This document shows positions 51,063 to 61,443 of a stretch of 64,000 bases of DNA, piece after piece (the stretch's first letter is position 1; every line of letters begins with the position of its first letter). The notes under the pieces were generated by a model. That model saw nothing but the letters and a program-made list of their open reading frames with translations. It did no database searches and was not told where the DNA came from. The stretch spans positions 580,787 to 644,786 of the forward strand of contig CAWBLL010000019.1 in the NCBI GenBank assembly GCA_963789465.1, written 5' to 3'. Origin of the DNA: an uncultured Bacteroidales bacterium (GTDB lineage: Bacteria > Bacteroidota > Bacteroidia > Bacteroidales > VadinHA17). The translations under genes and the position numbers were made by a program.

Positions 51063-53837
51063 TTATTTGATATCCGACTTAAAATGGTAACTGCCCGAAG
51101 CTACCTCAAAAAGGGCATAACCATTTTCCATACGGATGAAAGTAAGGTCGCGAGAAAGTTTTGTTCCTTTTCCTTGTTCCTTCACTTTATCGGATGAGCT
51201 GGCCGGAACATGGACTGTTGCGCTGCATCCTACCGGTACTGTTATATCCATCAGGAATGTGTTAGCTTCTTTTTTCCAGTAAATACCGGCATTCCCATAG
51301 GGTGTAAGGTTGAAATATGATGCTGAAGTTATGTCACCTGCCGGCCTGGGCCAGAATATTATATGCTTGTACCCTGGCTTCTCAGAGTCAGAATTCATAC
51401 CGGCAAGAGAATTGTAGAACCATGAAAGACCTCCCCCGAACATGGGGTGGTTTCGTGATCCGCTGCCGCCCCATTCTTCCCAGGTTGTTGTGGCGCCCTG
51501 GTCAATCCACCATCCATATGAAGGTTTGGTGCGCTGGTTCATAATCTTGAATGCAAGTTCGTTCAGCCCGTTTTTTGCCAGTACTTCAAAAAGATAGCGT
51601 GTCCCGAAAATTCCAGTATCAAGATGGTCTCCATTTGCATGAATTTCAGCTTCAAGCGACTTTATTACAAGTGTTTTCTGGTCATCGGGCAGTCCCATTT
51701 TCAGGGCAAAGATATTCCCTCCGTATGGTCCATAGCTTCCCTTGCTACTATCATAAAACCTTTTTTGGAAGGCCACCCTGGTTTTTTCAGCAAGTCTGCC
51801 GTAGGTCAATTCTTCCTCAGGAAGCCCCAGTGCTTTTGCCGCAGCTGCCGTAAGAGTTGCGCAATTCCAAAGGTAGAAGGTGTGAACCATTGGGGCGGGG
51901 GGTAATTTGTCCGGAGCTACCCAATCACCCAGGTTAATCCATTGGTTGGGATTGTTCTTATCCGGTGCCTGTGAGAACATGATTCCATCGTCATCGGTCC
52001 AGGTAAGCATATATTTTATATAACCCTTCATACCTTCAAAGTTTTCCCTGAGCAGATCGTAGTCACCATAGTGCAGGAAATATTCCCATGGCATGATATT
52101 CATTGCAGCACCCCATGCGACACCTCCACCGCATCCAGGCTGCCATGGAGCTCCATTGGGAACATATCCGGTTTCCGGATTCTGTGCTCCGAAAATATCC
52201 CTGATCCACTTTGTATAAAATGTTCTGGCATCGAAATTATCCATGACAGTGGCACATGCTACCTGCCCGTCGCCTGTATATGGCGACCTTTCCCTGTGAG
52301 GGCAATCGCTGGCTATACCTCCATGCATATTGTCGGTCTGACTTCGCCACCAGATCCTGTTGATCGTATTGAAAAGCTTATTTGAGCATTCGAATTTGCC
52401 GGTAGTTTCAACATCTGAATAGACAGCTTCAGCCCTTATCTGATCGGGTTTTAATTCCCCCGGCCAATTGGTAATTTCCACCTCTCTGAAAACATACCAT
52501 GAAAACCTTGTTGCATAGGATTCTGAAGTGTCACCCTTCATGATGTATGAGTTGTCTCCTACAGGAGATTCGCAGATATATTTGATTTCAATCTTCTGTC
52601 CACGCTCGCCTGACATATTGATCAGGTGCAGCCAGCCTGAGATCTCCTGCCCGAAATCGGCCCGGTAATGTCCCTGCCCGATTTTTTCAATTTTAATGGG
52701 TACGAGACTTTCCATTACTCTGTCGGGTGGCGACATCTGTGCCTTCATGACTCCCTCAGGAGATCTTTTCTGAGCAGCCTGTTCCCAGCCCGAATCATTG
52801 AATGATGACGTGCACCAGCCAGCCTGCTCAAGCCTGGCATCATAGTGTTCCCCGTCATAAACAAGGTCCATAAGGACAGGACTTTTTGAAGTTTTCCATG
52901 TTTTATCGCTTTCAATCAGTTGTTCTGTCCCGTCGGTGTAAGTAATATAAATCTGACCGATAAACCTCGGTGTTCCGTAACCTTGTGTCCAGTAATACCC
53001 CGGATTGTAGAATCCGTTTCCCAGTATTGCCCCTATTGCGTTTTCTCCTTCATGAAGAAGATCTTTTATATCATAGGCCAGATACATTACACGGTATTCC
53101 CTGAAATTGTTTCCTGTCATCACTCCGATCGGGCCCGGATCTTCCCGTTTACCATAGAGAGTAAGATTTGGTGCAAGGACATCCTTTCCTGCTTTTTCAC
53201 CGTTCACATAAAATTCAAAGAATCCAAGCCCGCTCACAAATGCATGGGCAGCTGCTATCTCTTTAGTGACAGTGAATTTCTTTCTTAGCATCGGAGCGGG
53301 AGGAGGTGTATTTTCCGAACCCGGATGCCTGAATACTTGCCCGCTATCTCCACCAGGCGATGAAGGACGTAAGAGAGGTTCTTCTCCCTGCCATGGCGCC
53401 CCTATCCATTGAGCTGTCCATTCTCCTGTTGTAAGTAATCCCATGCTCCAGGAACCGGGATCACTCCATGGTGATACTTCCCCGTTTTTGTCCCAGACCC
53501 TCACCTGCCACCAGCATTCTTCCCTGGAAACCAATGACTTGCCATCATATGGGATATTAATTGAATTATCTGACATAACCTTCCCACTACTCCAGAGGTC
53601 AATATCTCCGACAAGAATTTTGTTCCTGGTTGTGGCAACTCTGATCTCCCATGCTGTCTGTAATTGCCCCCTCTCTTCATTATGACAAATATTTACCCAT
53701 GATAACCTGGGTTTCAGAATATCCACGACAAGCGGATCTTTCAGATTTTCACATCTCAGATCAACAGGGGTTATTGATGCCTGGGATATACTGGTTAAAA
53801 CTACCAGTAACAAACAGATGAATAATTGTTTTTTCAT
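51063..53837 (-). CDS. GH78-family alpha-L-rhamnosidase
   Basis: 924 aa with a signal peptide. PVDLRCENLKDPLVVDILKPRLSWV is the typical GH78 N-terminus, and the central (alpha/alpha)6 region carries ...DCPHRERSPYTGDGQV... and ...W..L.G.... Confidence 0.85.
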   Translation of the reverse strand: MKKQLFICLLLVVLTSISQASITPVDLRCENLKDPLVVDILKPRLSWVNICHNEERGQLQTAWEIRVATTRNKILVGDIDLWSSGKVMSDNSINIPYDGKSLVSREECWWQVRVWDKNGEVSPWSDPGSWSMGLLTTGEWTAQWIGAPWQGEEPLLRPSSPGGDSGQVFRHPGSENTPPPAPMLRKKFTVTKEIAAAHAFVSGLGFFEFYVNGEKAGKDVLAPNLTLYGKREDPGPIGVMTGNNFREYRVMYLAYDIKDLLHEGENAIGAILGNGFYNPGYYWTQGYGTPRFIGQIYITYTDGTEQLIESDKTWKTSKSPVLMDLVYDGEHYDARLEQAGWCTSSFNDSGWEQAAQKRSPEGVMKAQMSPPDRVMESLVPIKIEKIGQGHYRADFGQEISGWLHLINMSGERGQKIEIKYICESPVGDNSYIMKGDTSESYATRFSWYVFREVEITNWPGELKPDQIRAEAVYSDVETTGKFECSNKLFNTINRIWWRSQTDNMHGGIASDCPHRERSPYTGDGQVACATVMDNFDARTFYTKWIRDIFGAQNPETGYVPNGAPWQPGCGGGVAWGAAMNIMPWEYFLHYGDYDLLRENFEGMKGYIKYMLTWTDDDGIMFSQAPDKNNPNQWINLGDWVAPDKLPPAPMVHTFYLWNCATLTAAAAKALGLPEEELTYGRLAEKTRVAFQKRFYDSSKGSYGPYGGNIFALKMGLPDDQKTLVIKSLEAEIHANGDHLDTGIFGTRYLFEVLAKNGLNELAFKIMNQRTKPSYGWWIDQGATTTWEEWGGSGSRNHPMFGGGLSWFYNSLAGMNSDSEKPGYKHIIFWPRPAGDITSASYFNLTPYGNAGIYWKKEANTFLMDITVPVGCSATVHVPASSSDKVKEQGKGTKLSRDLTFIRMENGYALFEVASGSYHFKSDIK

Positions 53838-53883
53838 CTTTTAAAACTAATAAAATAATGGATGACAATATAAAAAAAGCATT

Positions 53884-53891
53884 TACATTTG
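53884..53891 (+). promoter_or_regulatory. Bacteroidota-type -7 box (TACATTTG) upstream of the GH92 gene
   Basis: TAnnTTTG match 49 nt upstream of the ATG at 53940. Confidence 0.4.
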
Positions 53892-53939
53892 AACAGAGAC
53901 TACAATATTAAACCATGTTTACATCCAATATTTTAATAT

Positions 53940-56225
53940 ATGATTACTAAAAACAACATAGATTGCCTGATTCGAACTTTCTTTCCGGCTATTGCCCTGT
54001 TGTTGTGCGGCTCATGTTCAAACAAGAGTCCTGAGCCGGTGGATTTTGTCAATCCAGACATAGGAGGCATAGCTCCCTTGCTGCAGACAACAGTACCCCT
54101 GGTCAATTTGCCAAACAGTATGATGCGGATCCACAAGTTGCCTGGGAAATACCAGGCTGAAAAGATATCAGGATTTCCCTTTATGCTTGTTGCCCACAGA
54201 AACGGAACAGCAGGATTGCTGATGCCGGTTGCCGGGAAGATATCATCAGAACGAAAGGAGTGGGCAAGCTATTATGATCATGATTTCGAAGTATGTAAGC
54301 CATATTACTATTCGGTGTGGCTGGAGGATCCTGATATAAACATGGAACTCACGGTTGGTGAGCGGTCGTCCTTCTACAGGATTGCCTGGAACCGGAATGA
54401 ACCTAAATATTTAATGCTGGCCGTAACAGGCAGGGGAGAAATAAATGTTCCCGATAATAATACTGTTGAAGGATATGAAGTCTATACAGGAAATGTAAAT
54501 GTTTATTTCTACATCAAAACGGACAGAAGCTTTTCATCAGATTCCCTCTGGAACGAAGAGGGACGTTCTGGGAATAATATTTCGGTAATTGGGGGCGAAA
54601 AACCATCAGCATCACTTTGTTTCGACATAAAGGAACAGGAAAAAGCAGGAATTAAGATGGGAATTTCATTCATCAGTACCGATCAGGCACGGCAAAATCT
54701 CGAAAAAGAGATTCCCGGCTGGAATTTTGAGGAGCTGAAGACTGAAGGAAGAAATAAATGGAATAAGGCGCTCAGTAAAATTGAAGTGGAAGGAGGGAGT
54801 ACAGATCAGAAAACCGTATTCTATACAGCTATGTACAGAACATATGAAAGGATGGTCAATATTTCTGAAAACGGAAGGTATTACAGTGGATATGACGACA
54901 CAATTCACATGGATAATGATACTTCATTTTTTGTCGATGACTGGATGTGGGACACATACCGTGCCGCACACCCTTTGCATGCGCTTATCAATCCGGACCT
55001 TGAAAATCTCAAAATTCAGTCGTATGTCAGGATGTATGAACAGGGAGGCTGGATGCCGTCTTTCCCTATAGTCTCTGGCGATTTGCCATGCATGAACGGT
55101 CATCACTCGGCGGCAATAATTGCTGATGCATATTTTAAAGGCGTCAGGGGATTTGATATTGAAAAAGCTTATGAAGGACTCAGGAAAAACGCCATGGAGG
55201 CGACCATGCTTCCATGGCGTAATGGTCCGATGTGTTCTCTCGATACCTTTTATCTGGAAAAGGGTTATTATCCTGCTCTGAATCCTGGTGAAAAGGAGAC
55301 TGTAGTACAGGTGCATCCATTTGAAAAGCGGCAGGCGGTCGCCGTGACCCTTGCCCATAGCTATGACGACTGGTGCCTTGCTCAGTTGGCGAAGGCGCTG
55401 GGTAAAGATGACGACTATAAATATTTTATGGAGCGTGCTCATAATTTCTACAGGCTTTTTAATCACGATACAGGCTTTTTTGCCCCACGCACTGCAGACG
55501 GAAGCTGGGTCCGCGATTTTGATCCCAAATTCTCGGGCGGGCTGGGAAGTCGTGACTATTATGATGAAAATAATGGATGGACTTACCTTTGGGATGTTCA
55601 GCATGATATTGCAGGACTTATAAATCTGCTTGGAGGAAGAGAGAAATTTGTGAGCAGGCTCGATCAGTTGTTTACTGAGGATCCGGGCAGGTGGAAGCCT
55701 GATTATCTGCAACAGTTCCCGGATGCAACAGGTCAGGTCGGCATGTACGTAATGGGCAATGAACCCAGCCTTCATATTCCTTACCTGTACAACTATGCCG
55801 GAGCTCCATGGAAAACACAGAAAAGGATCAGAATGCTTCTCGACACCTGGTTCACAAATTCTCCTTTCGGAATTCCAGGGGATGAGGATGGAGGTGGCTT
55901 GTCCGGATTCGTTGTCTTCTCCAGCATGGGCATTTATCCGGTAACACCCGGCCTTGCCGCCTTCAATATCGGCAGCCCTGTATTTACTGATGTCAGAATT
56001 CACCTCAATAATAACAGGACATTTCACATTTCTGCAAAAAAATCGGACAGGCAGAATAAATACATCCAGGGGGCAACTCTCAATGGCATAGAATGGAATA
56101 AGCCATGGTTCAGCTGGGATGAGATAAAAGATGGTGGTGAACTCGTGCTGGAGATGGGACCCAGACCTGATTTCGACTGGGGTTCTGCTAAGGAGGATGC
56201 TCCACCCTCAGGACTTTCAGATTAA
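53940..56225 (+). CDS. GH92-family alpha-mannosidase
   Basis: 761 aa: ...YVMGNEPSLHIPYLYNYAGAPWKTQKRIR...FGIPGDEDGGGLSGFVVFSSMGIYPVTPG...NIGSPVF is the GH92 signature region. Confidence 0.88.
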   Translation: MITKNNIDCLIRTFFPAIALLLCGSCSNKSPEPVDFVNPDIGGIAPLLQTTVPLVNLPNSMMRIHKLPGKYQAEKISGFPFMLVAHRNGTAGLLMPVAGKISSERKEWASYYDHDFEVCKPYYYSVWLEDPDINMELTVGERSSFYRIAWNRNEPKYLMLAVTGRGEINVPDNNTVEGYEVYTGNVNVYFYIKTDRSFSSDSLWNEEGRSGNNISVIGGEKPSASLCFDIKEQEKAGIKMGISFISTDQARQNLEKEIPGWNFEELKTEGRNKWNKALSKIEVEGGSTDQKTVFYTAMYRTYERMVNISENGRYYSGYDDTIHMDNDTSFFVDDWMWDTYRAAHPLHALINPDLENLKIQSYVRMYEQGGWMPSFPIVSGDLPCMNGHHSAAIIADAYFKGVRGFDIEKAYEGLRKNAMEATMLPWRNGPMCSLDTFYLEKGYYPALNPGEKETVVQVHPFEKRQAVAVTLAHSYDDWCLAQLAKALGKDDDYKYFMERAHNFYRLFNHDTGFFAPRTADGSWVRDFDPKFSGGLGSRDYYDENNGWTYLWDVQHDIAGLINLLGGREKFVSRLDQLFTEDPGRWKPDYLQQFPDATGQVGMYVMGNEPSLHIPYLYNYAGAPWKTQKRIRMLLDTWFTNSPFGIPGDEDGGGLSGFVVFSSMGIYPVTPGLAAFNIGSPVFTDVRIHLNNNRTFHISAKKSDRQNKYIQGATLNGIEWNKPWFSWDEIKDGGELVLEMGPRPDFDWGSAKEDAPPSGLSD

Positions 56226-56252
56226 ATTGAACCGATAAACCTGATAAAGAAT

Positions 56253-56660
56253 ATGATTGAATACAAAATTGAGAACGACCTTAGTGTTGAGGAATTCAGA
56301 ATGGTATTGATAAACTCAACTCTCGGTGAGAGACGACCCGTTAATGATTATGAAAGATTGTCAGGCATGCTGAAACATGGAAACCTGATAGTTACCGCAA
56401 GGGACAATGGAAGGCTGATAGGCGTCTCCCGCTCCCTGAGTGATTATGCTTTTTGTACCTACCTTTCTGATCTTGCTGTGGATGAGCAATATCAGAAACA
56501 AGGGGTCGGCAAAGAGCTGATAAGGCAAACTATGCTGGCATCTTCAAGTGCCAGACTTATTCTGCTTTCAGCCCCTGCTGCAACCTCATATTATCCTAAA
56601 ATTGGCATGAAGCGGTTTGAACACTGTTATTATATTGATGATATCTCTGACCTTCAATAA
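56253..56660 (+). CDS. GNAT-family N-acetyltransferase
   Basis: 135 aa: LAVDEQYQKQGVGKELI is the acetyl-CoA-binding Q/RxxGxG motif. Confidence 0.8.
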   Translation: MIEYKIENDLSVEEFRMVLINSTLGERRPVNDYERLSGMLKHGNLIVTARDNGRLIGVSRSLSDYAFCTYLSDLAVDEQYQKQGVGKELIRQTMLASSSARLILLSAPAATSYYPKIGMKRFEHCYYIDDISDLQ

Positions 56661-56661
56661 A

Positions 56662-57132
56662 TCAGTCAGCTTTCGCATCTTCCATAAGGATCTCATATGA
56701 ATAACCGTAGCCAAAGTCCTTATTGAGAACTATTTTGCCTTCAAAGGTAACCGTTTCGCCCATTACCGCGCTTATATCGGTTGTTACAGTAAGATCGAAG
56801 CTTCCTTTATACTCGGTACCATCCTGAATATGAACCCAGTTTTTACCCATAATACCGCTATTATATTTAGTGACCTCACCTTTTACCTTTACTGTTTTTC
56901 CTTCATAATCCTTTTTATCCTCCATTAGTTTGGCAATTGTAATACAATCAGCGCACGGCTCAACCTTAACATCAGCCCTGGTTACGGCTACCCGGCCCTG
57001 ATGTGCCTCACTGCCCGGAGCCTTGTTCTGATGAGTTTTATCAAATGATTCCTTTACAAGGGGGCCTGAGTGAGGTCCTTTGCAGAAAGTCAATGCCATT
57101 ATTGCCGTTAACAGTATGATTAGCTTCTTCAT
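56662..57132 (-). CDS. Hypothetical lipoprotein with a possible OB-fold C-terminal half
   Basis: Lipobox ALTFCKG. The C-terminal GKTVKVKGEVTKYNSGIMGKNWVHIQDGT...VTFEGKIVLNKDFGYGYSY is reminiscent of periplasmic OB-fold (BOF/YgiW-like) proteins. The assignment is weak. Confidence 0.45.
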   Translation of the reverse strand: MKKLIILLTAIMALTFCKGPHSGPLVKESFDKTHQNKAPGSEAHQGRVAVTRADVKVEPCADCITIAKLMEDKKDYEGKTVKVKGEVTKYNSGIMGKNWVHIQDGTEYKGSFDLTVTTDISAVMGETVTFEGKIVLNKDFGYGYSYEILMEDAKAD

Positions 57133-57197
57133 GTGAATAGATTTTTTTATATGATGACATCAATTATAAGTTTATGTGAAGCCCGATCTTATAATAC

Positions 57198-57236
57198 ACA
57201 AATCCTTTGCCGGAATAAACCTGGCAAAGGATTTGT
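57198..57236. terminator. Intergenic 14-bp stem-loop between the cytochrome c gene and the lipoprotein gene
   Basis: ACAAATCCTTTGCC-ggaataaacct-GGCAAAGGATTTGT. The T-run is on the plus-strand side only, so a terminator role for the minus-strand cytochrome gene is uncertain. Confidence 0.5.
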
Positions 57237-57260
57237 TTTATTATTCAGGTTAGGTAAGGG

Positions 57261-57788
57261 TTAATTTTTTTTGGCTGCGGGATCCGGGTGAGCGATTTTT
57301 GCTGATGCAGTTTCAAAATTAAATTCCTTGAAAAATGGATTTTCTTTGTTATGGCATCCAAGGCAAACACTCTTTTCGGGCATTATCAATCCGTTCTCCA
57401 TGGCCAGTTTCATATTCTTCATAATTGTCGGAGATTTGTAGTTGCTGCCGGGACCATGGCAAGATTCACATGAAACACCTTCCTGAGCTGTGATACCTGC
57501 GCGAAGGCTGGCTCCGGCTTTTTCATACGTCGAATGGCACTTCAGACATTTGGGTTCCTTGGCAGGATCGGCAATACCATTCTTCTTGGCATAATCAAGT
57601 GCTGCCTGGCTTGAGAGAGTTTTCATAGCCTTGGCATGAGGATCCTTTAACCATTTATTATACTGCTCTCCTGTCGAAGGCTTATTGTGACACATCTTAC
57701 ACTTTTCGGCCCCGATGTATTTGAAGGTCTGAGCAGAAAGCGTATTGACAATTAGTAATGAGAAACAAATAAGTAATAAATTCTTCAT
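57261..57788 (-). CDS. Tetraheme c-type cytochrome (cytochrome c554-like small multiheme protein)
   Basis: It has a signal peptide plus four CxxCH motifs: CKMCH, CLKCH, CESCH and CLGCH. 175 aa. Confidence 0.85.
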   Translation of the reverse strand: MKNLLLICFSLLIVNTLSAQTFKYIGAEKCKMCHNKPSTGEQYNKWLKDPHAKAMKTLSSQAALDYAKKNGIADPAKEPKCLKCHSTYEKAGASLRAGITAQEGVSCESCHGPGSNYKSPTIMKNMKLAMENGLIMPEKSVCLGCHNKENPFFKEFNFETASAKIAHPDPAAKKN

Positions 57789-57953
57789 AACATATATGTT
57801 TAGATTAAATATTCAAGAACGTTTGACAGTTTGGTTTTTATAAGTACAAATATAATAAAATAGAGATATACCAAACCTTTTATTACAAAAAGCATGTTAT
57901 CCATGCCTTATTATTTAAAGAATTCTCCTGCTTGTTTATTCCCTGCTATTTAC

Positions 57954-57961
57954 TAATTTTG
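57954..57961 (+). promoter_or_regulatory. Bacteroidota-type -7 box (TAATTTTG) upstream of prfC
   Basis: TAnnTTTG match 170 nt upstream of the ATG at 58131. The long leader makes the assignment tentative. Confidence 0.3.
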
Positions 57962-58130
57962 CACCGCCAAATGAAAACGATAATTTTATATAAGGGTAAA
58001 ATCACTCCACCTTAAATTGCCGGCAGGGGCAAACCCTGCAGGAGGCATCTGCTGCTGCCTTAGCTGCATTCCCTCAAGAAATGTGTTTTAGTTAACAGAA
58101 AAATAATTATGGTTATACTGTAATATATTT

Positions 58131-59735
58131 ATGGATTTAAAAAGTGAAATTGGCAGGAGGAAAACATTCGCCATCATCAGTCACCCTGATGCAGGAAAGA
58201 CTACGCTTACGGAAAAATTACTGTTGTTCGGAGGAGCCATTCAGACCGCAGGGGCAGTCAGAAGCAACAAGATAAGAAAAACCACAACTTCTGATTTCAT
58301 GGAGATCGAAAAGCAGCGTGGTATTTCCGTATCAACATCGGTAATGGCCTTTGACTACAACAATATGAGGGTAAACATCCTGGACACTCCCGGACATAAG
58401 GACTTTGCAGAAGATACCTATCGTACCCTTACCGCAGTCGATAGTGTGATACTCGTCATAGATTCGGTAAAAGGAGTTGAAGAGCAGACACGGAAACTGA
58501 TGGAGGTATGCAGGTTGCGGCACACTCCTGTAATGATCTTCATAAACAAGATGGACAGGGAAGGCATACATCCATATGATCTTCTTGATGAACTGGAAAA
58601 GGAATTAAAAATTGCAATCTGCCCCTATACCTGGCCAATAGGAAGCGGCAGACTGTTTAAAGGTGTTTACAACCTGTTCAGAAAAGATGTCCAGATATTT
58701 GCCCCTGATAAAAGTACAGTTCAGGAGAGTCTGATAAGAACCAGAGATATTCAGGATCCCAGGCTGAGGAAATATGTAGGCGAGGAGAATATTCAGAGAT
58801 TGTGGGAAGAAATTGAGTTTGCAGGCGATCTGTTTGAAACTTTTAACATGTCATTATACCGGGAAGGATACCTGGCTCCGCTTTTCTTCGGAAGTGCCCT
58901 GAATAATTTTGGTGTCCTGGAACTGCTTGAAACTTTTCTCGAGATTGCACCATCACCGGGAGCCGTACAGGCAACTGAGCGTTATGTCGAGCCTCAGGAG
59001 GAACAGATGACTGGCTTCGTTTTCAAGATTCATGCGAATCTGGATCCAAACCACAGGGACAGGATTGCATTCATGCGTATATGCTCCGGAAAATTTGAAA
59101 GAAATAAATTTTATTTTCATCCACGGTCCGGAAAAAAGATCAGATTTTCTTCACCTGCCAGCTTTATGGCAAATACGAAAAGCATTGTTGAAGAGGCTTA
59201 TCCCGGCGATGTGGTGGGCTTATACGACAGCGGCAACTTTAAGATAGGAGACACTTTATCGGAAGGTGAGCTGCTTCATTTTGAGGGTGTCCCGAGCTTT
59301 TCTCCGGAAATTCTCAAGGAAGTTGTTAATCTCGATCCCTTAAAAACAAAGCAGCTGGAGAAGGGTGTTCGCCAGATGACAGATGAAGGTGTTGCGCAAC
59401 TTTTCATTCAGCAGCCGGGTAACCGGAAAATAATCGGAACTGTAGGGGAACTGCAATATGAGGTTATTAAGTTCAGGCTGGAACATGAATATGGCGCAAA
59501 GTGCAGCTTCTCTCATTTGCCTTTCGTGAGAGCATGCTGGATAACATCGGATAACAAAAAGGAGATGGATGCCTTTTTTTCTCGAAAATACTCTGCTATA
59601 GCATATGATAAAGAGAATAATCCTGTGTTTTTTGCTGAAAGCGAATGGATTCTTAAAACAGCAAGAGAGAATTTTCCTTCGATCACTTTTCATACCAGCT
59701 CAGATTTTAAGCTCCGCAAGAATCAGGAAGCCTGA
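58131..59735 (+). CDS. prfC: Peptide chain release factor 3 (translational GTPase)
   Basis: 534 aa: [33 protein letters not shown]...........[13 protein letters not shown]...DTPGH.DF...NKMDR. Confidence 0.93.
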   Translation: MDLKSEIGRRKTFAIISHPDAGKTTLTEKLLLFGGAIQTAGAVRSNKIRKTTTSDFMEIEKQRGISVSTSVMAFDYNNMRVNILDTPGHKDFAEDTYRTLTAVDSVILVIDSVKGVEEQTRKLMEVCRLRHTPVMIFINKMDREGIHPYDLLDELEKELKIAICPYTWPIGSGRLFKGVYNLFRKDVQIFAPDKSTVQESLIRTRDIQDPRLRKYVGEENIQRLWEEIEFAGDLFETFNMSLYREGYLAPLFFGSALNNFGVLELLETFLEIAPSPGAVQATERYVEPQEEQMTGFVFKIHANLDPNHRDRIAFMRICSGKFERNKFYFHPRSGKKIRFSSPASFMANTKSIVEEAYPGDVVGLYDSGNFKIGDTLSEGELLHFEGVPSFSPEILKEVVNLDPLKTKQLEKGVRQMTDEGVAQLFIQQPGNRKIIGTVGELQYEVIKFRLEHEYGAKCSFSHLPFVRACWITSDNKKEMDAFFSRKYSAIAYDKENNPVFFAESEWILKTARENFPSITFHTSSDFKLRKNQEA

Positions 59736-59753
59736 CTCTTTGATATGACAGAT

Positions 59754-61364
59754 CTAATAGATTACAATATTCTGAGAGGCTATTTCCACATTGTCCGACA
59801 ACAGGATAACGATATAAATACCAGGTTTTACTGTCAACGGAAATACTATTTCCGAAACTCCATTTTCCAGCATTTTCTCCATAAAAAGCTTACCGGAGAT
59901 ATCAAAGACCCTTATGGTCCTCGAGGGTGCGCTTTCTACCATTGTATCATTCTCCAACCTGATATTTATTATCAGGTGGGCAGGATTAGGATAAACTGTC
60001 ATTTTTAGTTTGCCGGGAAGGGTAACCGGAGCAGGATCAGGCGTCTGAGCAATAATATTATTTACGGCTACCTGGGCTGAAAATGAAGCAGCCTGCCCGC
60101 CTGAAGTCGTTTGCAATGGATTGGACGCTGGTTTTGCATATGAAACTTTGATTGCATCGCCAAAAGCTGCCGGACTGGCAAGAGTCAGACTGACTTTTGA
60201 TCCGATTATCGCAATTGAATTTACTTTTCTTTCAACAGAATTTATCTGGACAGTGAATGCGGAAATTGATGGAGTGCTGGTAGCCAGATCCAAATTAAAA
60301 GTCATTACCAGCACCGAAGGCGCAGCATTTTCTATTACTGAACCAATATATTTCGGGATCGCCGGATTTGCAGGGGCTGTATTATAGACCCTCGCACCGG
60401 CCTGCCATGTACCGTTCTGATTTGCAGTGGATGGAGACGTTCCGGGTACCCAGCCTGCTGATGTGGACAATCCGGTCTGCCAGGCAGTACCAAGATCTGT
60501 ACCGTAATCAAGACGGGAAGCAGGAACAAAATCAACGGTATTAATGAAATTGGGGTTGATTACAGTGGAATGTTTATCATATCCCAGCGCCTGCCATTGA
60601 GCAAAAGTTTTTTTCGATTCGAGGTAATTGAATACAGGAGTACCCGATTCACAATAAAAAACATTATAGTCACTCTCAAAACCTGGCAAACATCCTGCAT
60701 CATGTATTGCTATATTGTAAATCTGGTTTACCGTATAAAAAATGTTGTTTTTAATTTTTGCCCCGGTAGCTGGTGAACTGGGAGTAATGTCAGTGTTGGT
60801 ATAAATATCCACAAGACCCCTCCACGGGCTGGACAGACTGCTGTAAAAGGTATTGTTATAGTAACTTACATTATTCATTCCCTTAACGACACCGGCAGTA
60901 GCTACCGGGTTCTTTACAATATTATAGGAAACTCCTCCGGATGAATTTGTCATGTTATTGGTTGACTTCCGGATTATTGCCATTGGAACTTTATCCAGGT
61001 AATTATATTTAATAATCACATTTTTATTGTGTCCCGTAAAAATTCCATGAGTTATGCTGCTGGCATCGGTTCCGTTCCATACGAGTTTATTGCCGGATAT
61101 TACCTCTCCGTCAAGATTGTTGTTTTCGCCTGAAACACTTTCGTCGCCGGCCTGCAGCATATACCCGGCCGTATTGACTGATGTAACGGAGTTATTCCTG
61201 TATATAAAGGTAGTTGGCACAGTTCGCTGAATATTGATGCCGTTCCACGAACCGGTTGTTGAATTGTTGGTAACTGTGCCTTCAATTGTCAGATTTACCT
61301 GCGCAAACAGTATGGATGAATTAATTCCCAGTAATATTGCCAGGATTATGATTGGCTTCTTCAT
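59754..61364 (-). CDS. Secreted parallel beta-helix-like protein with an Ig-like (SWM-type) module and a T9SS type-A C-terminal sorting domain
   Basis: It has a signal peptide and Asn-rich beta-helix-like repeats. The module is APSVLVMTFNLDL...KVSYAKPASNPLQTTSGG. The C-terminus LKMTVYPNPAHLIINIRL...IRVFDISGKLFMEK...GIYIVILLSDN..ASQNIVIY is a Por_Secre_tail pattern. Confidence 0.75.
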   Translation of the reverse strand: MKKPIIILAILLGINSSILFAQVNLTIEGTVTNNSTTGSWNGINIQRTVPTTFIYRNNSVTSVNTAGYMLQAGDESVSGENNNLDGEVISGNKLVWNGTDASSITHGIFTGHNKNVIIKYNYLDKVPMAIIRKSTNNMTNSSGGVSYNIVKNPVATAGVVKGMNNVSYYNNTFYSSLSSPWRGLVDIYTNTDITPSSPATGAKIKNNIFYTVNQIYNIAIHDAGCLPGFESDYNVFYCESGTPVFNYLESKKTFAQWQALGYDKHSTVINPNFINTVDFVPASRLDYGTDLGTAWQTGLSTSAGWVPGTSPSTANQNGTWQAGARVYNTAPANPAIPKYIGSVIENAAPSVLVMTFNLDLATSTPSISAFTVQINSVERKVNSIAIIGSKVSLTLASPAAFGDAIKVSYAKPASNPLQTTSGGQAASFSAQVAVNNIIAQTPDPAPVTLPGKLKMTVYPNPAHLIINIRLENDTMVESAPSRTIRVFDISGKLFMEKMLENGVSEIVFPLTVKPGIYIVILLSDNVEIASQNIVIY

Positions 61365-61443
61365 TATTCATTTATATTTTGGTATAATTTCAGAAAGCTG
61401 GCCTTATTGAGAAACTCATCCATGTGTTTGCACTAATGTAACT

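Noticed and set aside
54924-56027. 367-aa minus-strand ORF, the longest unexplained ORF in the track
   Set aside because: It lies entirely antisense to the well-supported GH92 gene. Its Cys/Arg/Ile-rich composition is typical of antisense frames, and it has no start context or motif. The same reasoning applies to 22131..22853 (antisense to the DUF1015 gene) and 18464..19114 (antisense to gcvT).
51063-56225. GH78 and GH92 genes as a polysaccharide utilisation locus (PUL)
   Set aside because: No SusC/SusD pair, hybrid two-component sensor or ECF/anti-sigma pair is adjacent. The two glycosidase genes are divergently transcribed and stand alone, so this is not a canonical PUL within the window.
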